Source: a virus
Lineage: Duplodnaviria > Caudoviricetes
Length of the DNA: 38,488 nucleotides
Virus record (IMG/VR): IMGVR_UViG_3300025896_000011
Location: 1 to 38,488 of that record
Reading direction: 5' to 3' (one strand)
Positions 8,651 through 17,711 of the stretch are shown here, piece after piece (position 1 is the stretch's first letter; the number at the start of each line of letters is the position of its first letter). The translations under genes and the position numbers were made by a program. The notes under the pieces are model-generated. The model worked only from the letters and a program-made list of their open reading frames with translations, was not told where the DNA came from and made no database searches.

Positions 8651-9832
8651 ATGCCACAGTCACCATTTAATCACCAAGACAATTTCACTACTAACCTCAC
8701 GTCAAACATTGCGATAGGGGCTACTTCAGGTTCTCTCAACCTACTACCAACAGTTGCAGCGCCTTTCTGGATTGTCTACGACGCTCTCAACGAGAACGGA
8801 AAGTACGAAGTCGTATACGTTACCTCCAAAGGAGTCAGTTCAGTAAACCACGCTGCTACTACTTACGCTCACACCACATCGGAAACAGTACGACTTGTAG
8901 CACCAAGTAGAGAGTTAGACCTTATGCTCTCAGCTCCACAAGGAATGATGAGAAACGGAAAGATAGTGCCCACTGTTTCAAGCAACGGGATCACGCTGTC
9001 TCTCAAAACTCTGAATGGAAACGACCCGTCACTAACAGACCCGATCATAGCCAGAATTGGCGATGTCAACCGAGTAGTTGTCGCTCCTCTATCAGTCAGT
9101 ATTGCTCAGGGAACGACCAACCCAATGAACTTAGGCGGCCTTGAGTTAACTGGTAAAGAAACAGATTTGTTTGCTTATCTTGGTTACAACGTCACCGACG
9201 GTGTGGTTATTGGTTTTGCCCGATTTGGAAGTGCCACTCAGTATGGAGACTTCAATGCAACAGCAACCAACGAAAAATACGCGAAAATTTCTACTATCAC
9301 AAACGCAGCTTCAACAGATCCGTACGAATGTATCGGTAGATTTGCGGCTACAGTTACGTTTTCAACACCAAACTACAACTGGTCAGTGCCAACATACTCA
9401 CAGTTGAACTTAATTCAGAAACCAACTACTGAAACTCGGTGGTTAGACTACACTCCGATCATTTCAGTTTCTGGTGGTACAGCTCCAACTTACACAGCTA
9501 CATTCATCAACAAGTACAAGATCCTTTCAGACACCATAGACATTCGTCTCCAATGGACTAATTCTTCGGGTGGTACTGCCGGAGCTGGAGCAGCTGCCCT
9601 CGTTTCTACACTTCCATTTTCAGTCTTGAGTACTTACTTAGCAGCTAACCGTAGTCCTTTAGGAGGAGCTGTGTGGGTATACGAAGCGGCAGGAACAGGT
9701 GCGGTTTCACAACCAACAAACGGAAGCGCTGCTAACAATGCAATCTTCTCATTCAACTTGACGTCTGCTACTGGTGCAGACCAGAGCTCAGGAGATAGAG
9801 CCATGGTTGGTTCAATGAGATATCAAATCTAA
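8651..9832 (+). CDS. Tail fibre / receptor-binding protein
   Basis: 393 aa, T/S/G/N-rich, with a C-terminal 'WLDYTPII...YKI' fibre-tip-like pattern. Confidence 0.6.
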   Translation: MPQSPFNHQDNFTTNLTSNIAIGATSGSLNLLPTVAAPFWIVYDALNENGKYEVVYVTSKGVSSVNHAATTYAHTTSETVRLVAPSRELDLMLSAPQGMMRNGKIVPTVSSNGITLSLKTLNGNDPSLTDPIIARIGDVNRVVVAPLSVSIAQGTTNPMNLGGLELTGKETDLFAYLGYNVTDGVVIGFARFGSATQYGDFNATATNEKYAKISTITNAASTDPYECIGRFAATVTFSTPNYNWSVPTYSQLNLIQKPTTETRWLDYTPIISVSGGTAPTYTATFINKYKILSDTIDIRLQWTNSSGGTAGAGAAALVSTLPFSVLSTYLAANRSPLGGAVWVYEAAGTGAVSQPTNGSAANNAIFSFNLTSATGADQSSGDRAMVGSMRYQI

Positions 9833-9851
9833 AAAATCTAAATTAAAAATT

Positions 9852-11606
9852 ATGGCAAGCAAAAGTAGAGGGGGATTAAGTAAACGAGAAGTAGAGCGAG
9901 CAAAGGCTGCACAAGCGGCTGCTGCCGCTAAAAAGAAGAGTTCAAGCTCTTCCAGTTCAAGTAAAAAATCTGTAGCGCCACTCGTTGGAGCCGGGCCACT
10001 TTTACCAGGTCAAACTCGTGTGGGAGCAGTAGTTACCGGAGCCGGGCCACTCTTACCAGGACAGACCCGCGCAGCAGGTTCAACCTCGACTGCTAAGAGT
10101 TCTAGTAGCTCCTCAAAGTCCAGCAGCTCAAATAAATCAAGCAGCAAGCCGACTGTAGTTTCTAAAGCTCTTGGAATCGGTAAGAGTCTTTTGGGAAGCA
10201 CCGCAGAAGCTGCGAGCGAAAATACAAGTTCCAATTCACGACCTCAGACCAGCAGAGTAAAAACTGGTCTTGGTTCAGCATTGTCAGGATTAGAAAAAGT
10301 AGGCGCGGCAGGTCTTAGCAACTTAGCAGGAGGTGCTGGGTTTATTGGTAAAGGATTACAAGCACTCGGACAGGGAGGAAAACTCCCAGACTTAGGTGTT
10401 ACGGAATCTCTTGGTCTGAACAAATTTATCAGCAATGATGTCCCAGTCCTTTACGACACGCAAGGAAAAGATCAGGCTCGAATTGCTCAAGAAAGCCTAA
10501 GAAGACAAGATGAGCAGCGAAGAGTCGCCAACAACACCCCTACTGGATATGGGCCACGAGGTGAAACTTTCTACAACAACGCAAACGTAGAACGAGAAAC
10601 TCGGTATGCTAATCAGAATAGAAGTCTGAGAGATTTCTTAGGAGGTAGGGAAGAAGCGAGTGATGGTGGTGGAACACAATTTGCTCCTGCAATGCCACAA
10701 GCTCCACAGCAACAAAATTTCTCTCCTATGGGTATGGATCCCGGAGTCACTACTCAAGATCAAAGAAATCAGACGAACATCCAAATGTTGACTAACCCAG
10801 AAAATATTCAGAACCCAATGGGAACCAATCAAGGACGTTTTGGAGGGGGCTATGGGCTAGATGGAAGAAATGCTGGCATGGCACCCGGTCTCACTGGAAA
10901 TGCAATGCTTGATCAGTACATCGCATCTCTCCAAGCACAAACGAAAGGAGACTTCGGATACGATGAGGTCTCTGACCAATACCGCGACTTGATCAAGTCT
11001 CTCAACCCTCAGTACGAAGACTACCAGAAAGCAGGAGAAGCAGAACTGAACAAAGCAAAACAAGAGGATCTTAATCGTCTGCTTTCAATCTATGCAGGTT
11101 ATGGAACTGCCGACTCAGAACAGCGAATGCAACAACAAGAGCGTGTTGGCGCACAATATGCTGATTCTCTAGCTGGTCTCCTCGCCAAGTTAAATACCGC
11201 AAAACAGGGCGACATCAACAACTTCAAAACTCAGAGAACCAATGCTCTTCAAGACATCTTAAATACGAAGAGAACAACTCAAATGAGCGTTCTCGATAAA
11301 ATCTTCAATGCTCAGCAGTCTATGGCTGCCCTTGCAAGAAAAGGCAGTGGCTCTAGCGGAGATGATTACTTAGGCGGAGTAGGGACGCTTCAACAACTCC
11401 TCGCTCAACAGAAAGGACAGGATGGGTTCGTAAGTCCGCAAGCTTACCTTGAAGCCCAAAGTGACTTTTTAAGCGACTACCCACAATCAGCTTCTAAGTT
11501 CGGTTCACTCTTCCCACAACAACTCTACCTATCACCTGGAGAGCGAAAGAACTTTAACTCAGTTGATCCATTAGCTGCACTTTACGCATCACTCAACCAA
11601 CAATAG
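9852..11606 (+). CDS. Putative internal virion / DNA ejection protein
   Basis: 584 aa with a basic Ser-rich N-terminus and G/Q/A-rich helical body; ejection-protein position in a podovirus tail block. Confidence 0.55.
   Translation: MASKSRGGLSKREVERAKAAQAAAAAKKKSSSSSSSSKKSVAPLVGAGPLLPGQTRVGAVVTGAGPLLPGQTRAAGSTSTAKSSSSSSKSSSSNKSSSKPTVVSKALGIGKSLLGSTAEAASENTSSNSRPQTSRVKTGLGSALSGLEKVGAAGLSNLAGGAGFIGKGLQALGQGGKLPDLGVTESLGLNKFISNDVPVLYDTQGKDQARIAQESLRRQDEQRRVANNTPTGYGPRGETFYNNANVERETRYANQNRSLRDFLGGREEASDGGGTQFAPAMPQAPQQQNFSPMGMDPGVTTQDQRNQTNIQMLTNPENIQNPMGTNQGRFGGGYGLDGRNAGMAPGLTGNAMLDQYIASLQAQTKGDFGYDEVSDQYRDLIKSLNPQYEDYQKAGEAELNKAKQEDLNRLLSIYAGYGTADSEQRMQQQERVGAQYADSLAGLLAKLNTAKQGDINNFKTQRTNALQDILNTKRTTQMSVLDKIFNAQQSMAALARKGSGSSGDDYLGGVGTLQQLLAQQKGQDGFVSPQAYLEAQSDFLSDYPQSASKFGSLFPQQLYLSPGERKNFNSVDPLAALYASLNQQ
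9987..10070 (+). repeat. Two copies of a 33-nt repeat encoding GAGPLLPGQTR
   Basis: 9987-10019 and 10038-10070 encode the same peptide with synonymous differences. Confidence 0.9.
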
Positions 11607-11618
11607 GAATAAGTAGCT

Positions 11619-14576
11619 ATGTCAGCAATATCTGAACGAGCAAAAGCAAGAGGAATAGCCCCGGCCAAAAGAGGAGGGGCTATTCAACGTAGAGCTCTTC
11701 AAATTAAGCAGAAGAAAATTACGCCAGTTGCCCCGCGAAGGGACAGTAGTGTTGCTATTCGCAATGCTCAGGCACAAGCCAAACAATACGAAGACGCAGC
11801 AAAAAAAGCCAACTCTGTAAGAGGGTTGGCTTCTAATACTGCAAAAGGTGTAGCAGCATCTTTTATTAAGGCTCCTGTGAAATTTGCTATTTCTGCTTAT
11901 GAAGCACCGAAAGTGGCAATCAATGCTGCACAAGGTAGAGGATATACAAACAAAGAATATAATGTTCCAGGTCTTGGAAAAACAACAAGCTACCAGACCG
12001 ATTTTGGCAAGGTAGCTGATGAAGTTGTAGCGGGTAAGAAAGGATTGGGAAGTGCTGCTATTGAACTGGCAAAAGTTCCACTGGCTGGTTTAGAAACTGC
12101 TGGATTGCCAGGAGTAGCAAAAAGTATTAAGGGAGGTATTTCTTTGGTAAGAAATGGTCGCGCGAGTATTCCAAAAAGTATCCCCACAGTGTCCAGAGGG
12201 AAAACAGGAGGACAGCGCCAAGCAATTGTACCGGTAAACGCCCCTCTAAAAAGCCAAGTTTCTCCAACAAGAGACCTATCGGTACCAGCCCCAGGAAGAA
12301 TAAAAAGTAATGGATCAGTAGAATTAAAGTCTTCATATCCGCAGAGCCTATCACAAAATAGCAAAAATGTCAATAGAGGGTTTGTCGAAACAGTCAAAAA
12401 GTCTAGTATGACTGATCCGGAAGTAGCTAAAGCTGTTTCAGGTACATATACCCCCAGAGAGACCGATGAGCTTGTAAAGAATGTCAACAAACTGATCACG
12501 TCCAATATTGATGAAGCGAGAGACTTAGCACTTAATGGGACAAATGATGACTCTGTAGCAACAGCTATGGAGCTTATTAAGCACTACCAAAATAAGGGAG
12601 ACTTTGATTCAGCAGTTGAGATTGCAGAAAATGTTGCACCAAAACTTACTGAAGCAGGTAGGGCTATTCAAGCAGCATCCATCTATAACCGACTCACACC
12701 TGAAGGGATTTTAAGATATGCTGCAAAAGAAGTTCAGAAGCACAATAAGCTAAATCCAGCGAGACAAATCTCTCTAACCGCAGATGATGCGAAACGCATT
12801 ACAGATCTCTCTAAAAAAGCACAAGGTTTAGAAGGAGATGCCAAAGCAATTGCTACTCAGCAGATGCTTGACGAAGTAGGCAAGCTTATTCCATCAAGTG
12901 GATGGCAACAGCTTGCTACTGTATGGAAAGCGGGATTGCTTACCAACCCAGCGACACAAGTTGCAAACATTACTGGCAATACCACAATGTTAGCACTCGA
13001 AAACCTTAAAGATATTCCCGCTACTTTTTTTGACAAGCTTATCTCTATCGGTACTGGACAAAGAACCAAGGCTTTACCAAGTTTGGGAGCACAAGGAAAG
13101 GGAATGCTTGAGGGATTCGGTAAGGCTGGACAATTTCTTAAAACTGGAATTGACCCTGAAGATGTCCTATCAAAAGTAGACTATAAAAAAGTTAATCTGC
13201 CACCAGGTTTACAGCAGTACACTGATGCTGTTTTCAGAAGCTTGGGTGCAGGTGACAAGATATTCCGACAAACTTTCTTTAAGAAATCTATAGCAGAACT
13301 AGCAAAAGTTGATGGAATTAATAGGGGATTACGAGGCGAGGCACTTACAAAGCATATCGGGGATGTTTTTGAAAACCCCCCTGTTTCATTCATTGAACAA
13401 GCTACAAAAGATGCTCTTTACGGAACATTCAACAGCAATAATGCATTAGGACAAGGAGCACGAGGATTGAAGAAATCTCTTGGCGCTGCGGGAGAATACA
13501 TTATTCCATTTACCCAGACCCCGACAAATGTCGCGGCTAGAATTGTTGATTACTCTCCATTTGGATTCGCCAAAGCAGGCCTACAAGGTTATGGAGGAGC
13601 AGGTCAGCGCGCAGTATCTGAATCTTTAGGTAGAGCCACTCTCGGTACTGGACTTGGTTATGGTGGCTTTGAACTTGGTAAGAATGGACTTTACACGGGC
13701 TCACTTCCTTCTGATGAGACTGAGAGAAACCTTTGGGAGCTCCAGGGAAAAACTCCTAACTCTATCCTCATTGGAGGAAAGTATTACAACCTTGATAAAA
13801 TTTCTCCTCTTGGAAACATTTTGGCCGGAGGAGCGAATTTGGCACAAGGATCAGCTACTGGCTTACCCGGTGTAGGTGAAGCATCATTGCAGACAATAAA
13901 AGGATTAAAAGATATGACTTTTCTTCAAGGGATGTCAAATGTTATTAACGCTTTTGATGATCCGAAAAGATATGGTCAGAACTTGTTGTCCAGTCAGATT
14001 TCTTCCTTCATTCCAGCAATTGTTGCAGCTTCAGCTAGACAAGCAGACCCAATAAAAAGAGATGTGAAGGGTGAAGGTGTATTTGATGGAATAGAAAATT
14101 CTGTCATGAATAGAATCCCTGGCCTCAAAGACAATCTACCAGCTAAGAGAGACTCGCTTGGTAACGAATTGCAATATGAAGGAAATCAGTTTTTCAACCC
14201 TTTCAAGCCATCTACCGCTCGAACTGACTCCGTGACTCAAGAGCTTGGGCGACTTGAACAAATGGGTGGAAAAATTGGCTTAACAGAGCCGAGCAGAGAG
14301 TTTTCATTTGCTGGGTCAAAAACAAAACTCACGCCTGAAGAATACGATGTCTTCCAGAAAGATGCTGGTGGGCTTATTCGTCAGTCTTTAGAGAAGGTCA
14401 TCCAAAAACCAGAGTACCAGAAACTCAATCCAGAAGACCAGGTGAAGTTAATAAAAAAGATTATAGAACAGACACGACAAATGACCGGAGCGAGAACAAT
14501 TGGAAAAGACAAATTGACTGAACAACTGAAAGAGTATTTACAAAATAAACAACTGAATCCTTTCTACACGCAATAA
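11619..14576 (+). CDS. Large internal virion / ejection protein
   Basis: 985 aa; 'GLLTNPATQVANITGN', 'IPFTQTPTN' and 'RIPGLKDNLPAKRDSLG' segments resemble large polyvalent-type podovirus ejection proteins. Confidence 0.6.
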   Translation: MSAISERAKARGIAPAKRGGAIQRRALQIKQKKITPVAPRRDSSVAIRNAQAQAKQYEDAAKKANSVRGLASNTAKGVAASFIKAPVKFAISAYEAPKVAINAAQGRGYTNKEYNVPGLGKTTSYQTDFGKVADEVVAGKKGLGSAAIELAKVPLAGLETAGLPGVAKSIKGGISLVRNGRASIPKSIPTVSRGKTGGQRQAIVPVNAPLKSQVSPTRDLSVPAPGRIKSNGSVELKSSYPQSLSQNSKNVNRGFVETVKKSSMTDPEVAKAVSGTYTPRETDELVKNVNKLITSNIDEARDLALNGTNDDSVATAMELIKHYQNKGDFDSAVEIAENVAPKLTEAGRAIQAASIYNRLTPEGILRYAAKEVQKHNKLNPARQISLTADDAKRITDLSKKAQGLEGDAKAIATQQMLDEVGKLIPSSGWQQLATVWKAGLLTNPATQVANITGNTTMLALENLKDIPATFFDKLISIGTGQRTKALPSLGAQGKGMLEGFGKAGQFLKTGIDPEDVLSKVDYKKVNLPPGLQQYTDAVFRSLGAGDKIFRQTFFKKSIAELAKVDGINRGLRGEALTKHIGDVFENPPVSFIEQATKDALYGTFNSNNALGQGARGLKKSLGAAGEYIIPFTQTPTNVAARIVDYSPFGFAKAGLQGYGGAGQRAVSESLGRATLGTGLGYGGFELGKNGLYTGSLPSDETERNLWELQGKTPNSILIGGKYYNLDKISPLGNILAGGANLAQGSATGLPGVGEASLQTIKGLKDMTFLQGMSNVINAFDDPKRYGQNLLSSQISSFIPAIVAASARQADPIKRDVKGEGVFDGIENSVMNRIPGLKDNLPAKRDSLGNELQYEGNQFFNPFKPSTARTDSVTQELGRLEQMGGKIGLTEPSREFSFAGSKTKLTPEEYDVFQKDAGGLIRQSLEKVIQKPEYQKLNPEDQVKLIKKIIEQTRQMTGARTIGKDKLTEQLKEYLQNKQLNPFYTQ

Positions 14577-15008
14577 TTATGATTTAGGAAACCATCCTTT
14601 GAAACACGAAAGAAGACCGGAATTACAGCGAATAGGATTGACAGTGCCAATGATGTGAATCTGCTGATCAGTAACGCATCCGAAGTTTCTGGAGTCATAG
14701 GTATGCATACCGCTTGGATTTCCTTCAAACCAGTAACATCCATTTTCAACTCTGATCAGCTTCTTTACATAAGTGTGGCCAACTTGCTCAGTAGAAATCC
14801 AATCGAAAACACAAATGTCTCCGGTCAAGCACTCATCACTCTTATTAACGGAAATAGCTATGTTGTTATCAAAACCATATTCAACCATGGATAAGCCATC
14901 GACATGATAAACCTCGTCATTCAAAGTATTACTCGGTTTTCCCATGAAGAAGAATACCACCGAAAGAATCGACAGGAATAGAACAGCCATTTTTGTAGAG
15001 TCACTCAT
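14577..15008 (-). CDS. Peptidase S26 (signal peptidase I-like, Ser-Lys dyad) with N-terminal TM anchor
   Basis: TM segment, then GLSM (catalytic Ser), GDICVF, YVKKLI (catalytic Lys) and EGN...YDSRNFGCV. Fills a gap in + strand coding. Confidence 0.8.
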   Translation of the reverse strand: MSDSTKMAVLFLSILSVVFFFMGKPSNTLNDEVYHVDGLSMVEYGFDNNIAISVNKSDECLTGDICVFDWISTEQVGHTYVKKLIRVENGCYWFEGNPSGMHTYDSRNFGCVTDQQIHIIGTVNPIRCNSGLLSCFKGWFPKS

Positions 15009-15037
15009 AAAATTAACCCATCAATTAACAGAAAAGT

Positions 15038-15253
15038 ATGTCACACCAAGAAAACCCCGTCAAGAACAAGCCCAAATCTCCAGAGCAAAAAGTCCATAGC
15101 TTTTCTCCAGACATGGACATGACGAAGGCTACAACCCAGTGTGAAAATCACATCTACTTCAAGAAAAATGAGAGTGAAGTAGGGTGTAGGGCTTGTCCTT
15201 CAGCATGGATAGTAGGGGATTCAGAGCATTATCTAAAAGAATTGAACAAATAG
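15038..15253 (+). CDS. Small Cys/His (putative Zn-binding) protein, paralog 1
   Basis: TTQCENHIYFKKNESEVGCRACPSAWIV. Confidence 0.65.
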   Translation: MSHQENPVKNKPKSPEQKVHSFSPDMDMTKATTQCENHIYFKKNESEVGCRACPSAWIVGDSEHYLKELNK

Positions 15254-15254
15254 T

Positions 15255-15443
15255 ATGCCGCAGACTACCGGAGCCACACTGGGGTCAGTCAGAATGTTTG
15301 ATCCAACTATCAAACCAACTGCTACCACCAAGTGTGATGAGTGTAATTATTACAAAAAATCAGACACCGAACTTGGGTGTAGATCATGTCCATTTGTCAT
15401 GATCGTCACTCCCGAACAAGCAAACCTAATGGCAAAGTCATGA
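15255..15443 (+). CDS. Small Cys (putative Zn-binding) protein, paralog 2
   Basis: TTKCDECNYYKKSDTELGCRSCPFVMIV aligns without gaps to paralog 1. Confidence 0.65.
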   Translation: MPQTTGATLGSVRMFDPTIKPTATTKCDECNYYKKSDTELGCRSCPFVMIVTPEQANLMAKS

Positions 15444-15985
15444 GAGTAGAAGGAAATCAAATTAAAAATCTGAAAGATGCAACCGAAGCACAGGATGCAA
15501 CAACATTCCAGCAAGTTACACTGGCGATCGCTAGCGCAGTAACTGGAATAAATTCTAGTCTCTCAGGACTTCCAACGACCTGGAAGAATGGAGTGACTAA
15601 GAATAATGTTGGGTTCTCAATTCTTACCGGGACAATAACGAGTGGAACATTCACAGGAAGCATCGCCAACGCAAGTAATGTAGCTCTGTTTTCAGAAGTG
15701 TTAGCAGTCATTGTCGATATCAACAGCTCAACCAACATCTTTTCAGATTCCCAGAGTGTGGCAGGAGACCTGAAGAGCGTGACGATCACAGCGAAGCAAC
15801 AGACTTTCACGGGCGTGACCATATTAGGAATCAATGTGCTTGGTCAGCAGGTTCTCTCAAATGCTCCGAATGGAACCCCTGTAACAGTAAGGAAGTGTTT
15901 AGAGACTACGACTGCCGAGATTTTAAGTCTCAGGAAGAAGCACAAAAGAAATTTAAAGAGTATGACTCTGACATATTCGGGCTAG
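15440..15985 (+). CDS. Minor structural / fibre-like protein with an aberrant C-terminal extension
   Basis: ATGA overlap at 15440; 'IKNLKDATEAQDATT' stalk-like motif and T/S/G beta-rich body. Composition changes abruptly after NGTPVTV. Confidence 0.6.
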   Translation: MRVEGNQIKNLKDATEAQDATTFQQVTLAIASAVTGINSSLSGLPTTWKNGVTKNNVGFSILTGTITSGTFTGSIANASNVALFSEVLAVIVDINSSTNIFSDSQSVAGDLKSVTITAKQQTFTGVTILGINVLGQQVLSNAPNGTPVTVRKCLETTTAEILSLRKKHKRNLKSMTLTYSG

Positions 15986-16053
15986 ATGGTCGAGGAACGA
16001 ACAAAAATGGAGAAGCTTGTGACTCCTATGATTACCCAGAAATAGAAAAATAG
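15895..16053 (+). CDS. Excalibur-like calcium-binding domain ORF (not in ORF track; probably 5'-truncated)
   Basis: The -1 frame reads VFRDYDCRDFKSQEEAQKKFKEYDSDIFGLDGRGTNKNGEACDSYDYPEIEK*. Its stop is separated by 1 nt from the next ATG at 16055. Confidence 0.7.
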   Translation: MFRDYDCRDFKSQEEAQKKFKEYDSDIFGLDGRGTNKNGEACDSYDYPEIEK

Positions 16054-16054
16054 T

Positions 16055-16372
16055 ATGGAAAGCAAAAGCAACGAACTACTCATGCAGAAGGTGGATACGC
16101 TCACAGAGCGCTTCACTGAGCTTAAGAATGATACCAAGCAAGGATTCGTAGACAATAAGGTTCAGTTCAAAAGCATCGATGAAAAAATTGAGGGTCTTGG
16201 CAATAAATTCCCGACATTCGCAGACATGAAGATTGCCATTAAAGATTCTGAAGACCGCCAAGAAAAAAGGACTGCCATGTACCCACTCGTGCAGGCTCTT
16301 GTATTTGGTATTTGCGGTTTACTACTCACCGCAGTAGTAGCAGGAATTATAAGCGGTGTAACTCTAAAGTAA
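16055..16372 (+). CDS. Coiled-coil protein with C-terminal TM (holin/XhlA-like candidate)
   Basis: Heptad-like N-terminus and hydrophobic C-terminus LVQALVFGICGLLLTAVVAGII. Confidence 0.55.
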   Translation: MESKSNELLMQKVDTLTERFTELKNDTKQGFVDNKVQFKSIDEKIEGLGNKFPTFADMKIAIKDSEDRQEKRTAMYPLVQALVFGICGLLLTAVVAGIISGVTLK

Positions 16373-17028
16373 TGAATAAGTCACAAAAAATACTAGGCTA
16401 CAGCTTCTTTGCAACCTTCATGATCGTCATGGTTGCTTCGCTATCAGCCTTCTTTTATGTTCGCTGGGCACCAGCAGACATACTAGAAACCTACTCTCCG
16501 ATCAATGTGAACAAGAGCGTATACCAGCCAGGGGAAACGCTAACCTACACGATTCAGTATTGCAAAAACAAGAACATCCAAGGGTCAGTAGCACGTTTCC
16601 TTTTACGAGAGGGGAATATCAGCCCAGAAGAAGAATACCCAACAGTCACCAATATAGACCCAGTGGGCTGTAGAGATCAAAACTACGACCTACAGCTACC
16701 GAAAGACCTCCCAGATGGAGAATACAAGCTGTATATGATCTACTCATTCCGCCAGAGCTCTTTTCGAGAAGTGGACAGGTATTACATAGAAAGTGTCCAT
16801 TTCGAAATTAAAGCTGGGCAAGTTGTGAATACCTCACCAGGACAGGAAACACAGTTGAGTTACCCACCGACACTGGCCAATTCAAAACCCACAATAGTTG
16901 AAAAGGAAAAAGTGAAAGAGGAGAAAAAGACAGAAAAGGTAGAAGTTCAAAAAGTAGAAGTGCAGAAGGAGGAGAAAAAATCACAAGGGATTGTGAATGA
17001 TGAAGTACCTCTGATTGGTAGGCTTTAG
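16372..17028 (+). CDS. Membrane-anchored protein with Ig-like beta domain and charged tail
   Basis: TAATG overlap at 16372; N-terminal TM, VYQPGETLTY, LPKDLPDGEYKL and a K/E-rich tail. Confidence 0.6.
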   Translation: MNKSQKILGYSFFATFMIVMVASLSAFFYVRWAPADILETYSPINVNKSVYQPGETLTYTIQYCKNKNIQGSVARFLLREGNISPEEEYPTVTNIDPVGCRDQNYDLQLPKDLPDGEYKLYMIYSFRQSSFREVDRYYIESVHFEIKAGQVVNTSPGQETQLSYPPTLANSKPTIVEKEKVKEEKKTEKVEVQKVEVQKEEKKSQGIVNDEVPLIGRL

Positions 17029-17048
17029 TTTTCTGAAGGAGATTGCCG

Positions 17049-17234
17049 ATGTTCCAATGCCCAAGATGCTCAGAACCTATGTGCAAGAAAGTGGAGGGTA
17101 TAGATGTCTGCTCAAGTGATGAATACGAGTGCCAGTGTGGTCTTGAAATCAAGGCTCCGCGCGGCACAACGGGTTGTCACTACGGGCAGTTCTATCTACC
17201 TCTACCGGTGCATTCGGAGACGCTGTTCAACTGA
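17049..17234 (+). CDS. Small Zn-ribbon protein
   Basis: CPRC...YECQCG; ATG at 17049. Confidence 0.5.
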   Translation: MFQCPRCSEPMCKKVEGIDVCSSDEYECQCGLEIKAPRGTTGCHYGQFYLPLPVHSETLFN

Positions 17235-17295
17235 AAGGCGGTGATCAAATATCTCGGTAGGGGATTCCGTTAAATCCCCACTTTACTCAAAACCC

Positions 17296-17445
17296 ATGAA
17301 AGAAAAACCAAAATACAAGAAGTGTCCGGAGTGCAAAGAGTCATACCTCTCAAAGTTGGAGCACATGACGATAGAAATCTACAAGAGATGTTCTCAGCAT
17401 GTTGGCAAAGGTTCCATAAGGAGATTACTAGAAGATATGAAATAG
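17296..17445 (+). CDS. Small CPxC protein (49 aa, not in ORF track)
   Basis: MKEKPKYKKCPECKESYLSKLEHMTIEIYKRCSQH... Confidence 0.5.
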   Translation: MKEKPKYKKCPECKESYLSKLEHMTIEIYKRCSQHVGKGSIRRLLEDMK

Positions 17446-17579
17446 AATCATTCTTTCCTAAAGGGACTGGCTCCAAATCTCTAGCGTTGCACCTCGAAGC
17501 TCGCACCAGTCTCTCTAGGAGGGAAAGACCTCAATCCGTTGGGGCAGACTAATAATCTAATACAAAACTATAGAAGGAA

Positions 17580-17687
17580 ATGTTGGAAAAAGAAATAAAT
17601 TACGACTGCATCGCCACAAACTTCGTGTCAGCTTTAGCTGGGATGTGTTTTGGCTCTGTACTTTTGTGGTTTACTTCGCTGGTCTAA
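17580..17687 (+). CDS. Small single-TM peptide (35 aa)
   Basis: MLEKEINYDCIATNFVSALAGMCFGSVLLWFTSLV*. Confidence 0.4.
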   Translation: MLEKEINYDCIATNFVSALAGMCFGSVLLWFTSLV

Positions 17688-17711
17688 GTCTAATTTTTAA
17701 GTAAAAAGAGT

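Noticed and set aside
8651-9832. Diversity-generating retroelement target or invertible tail-fibre cassette
   Set aside because: No reverse transcriptase, invertase or template/variable repeat pair is seen.
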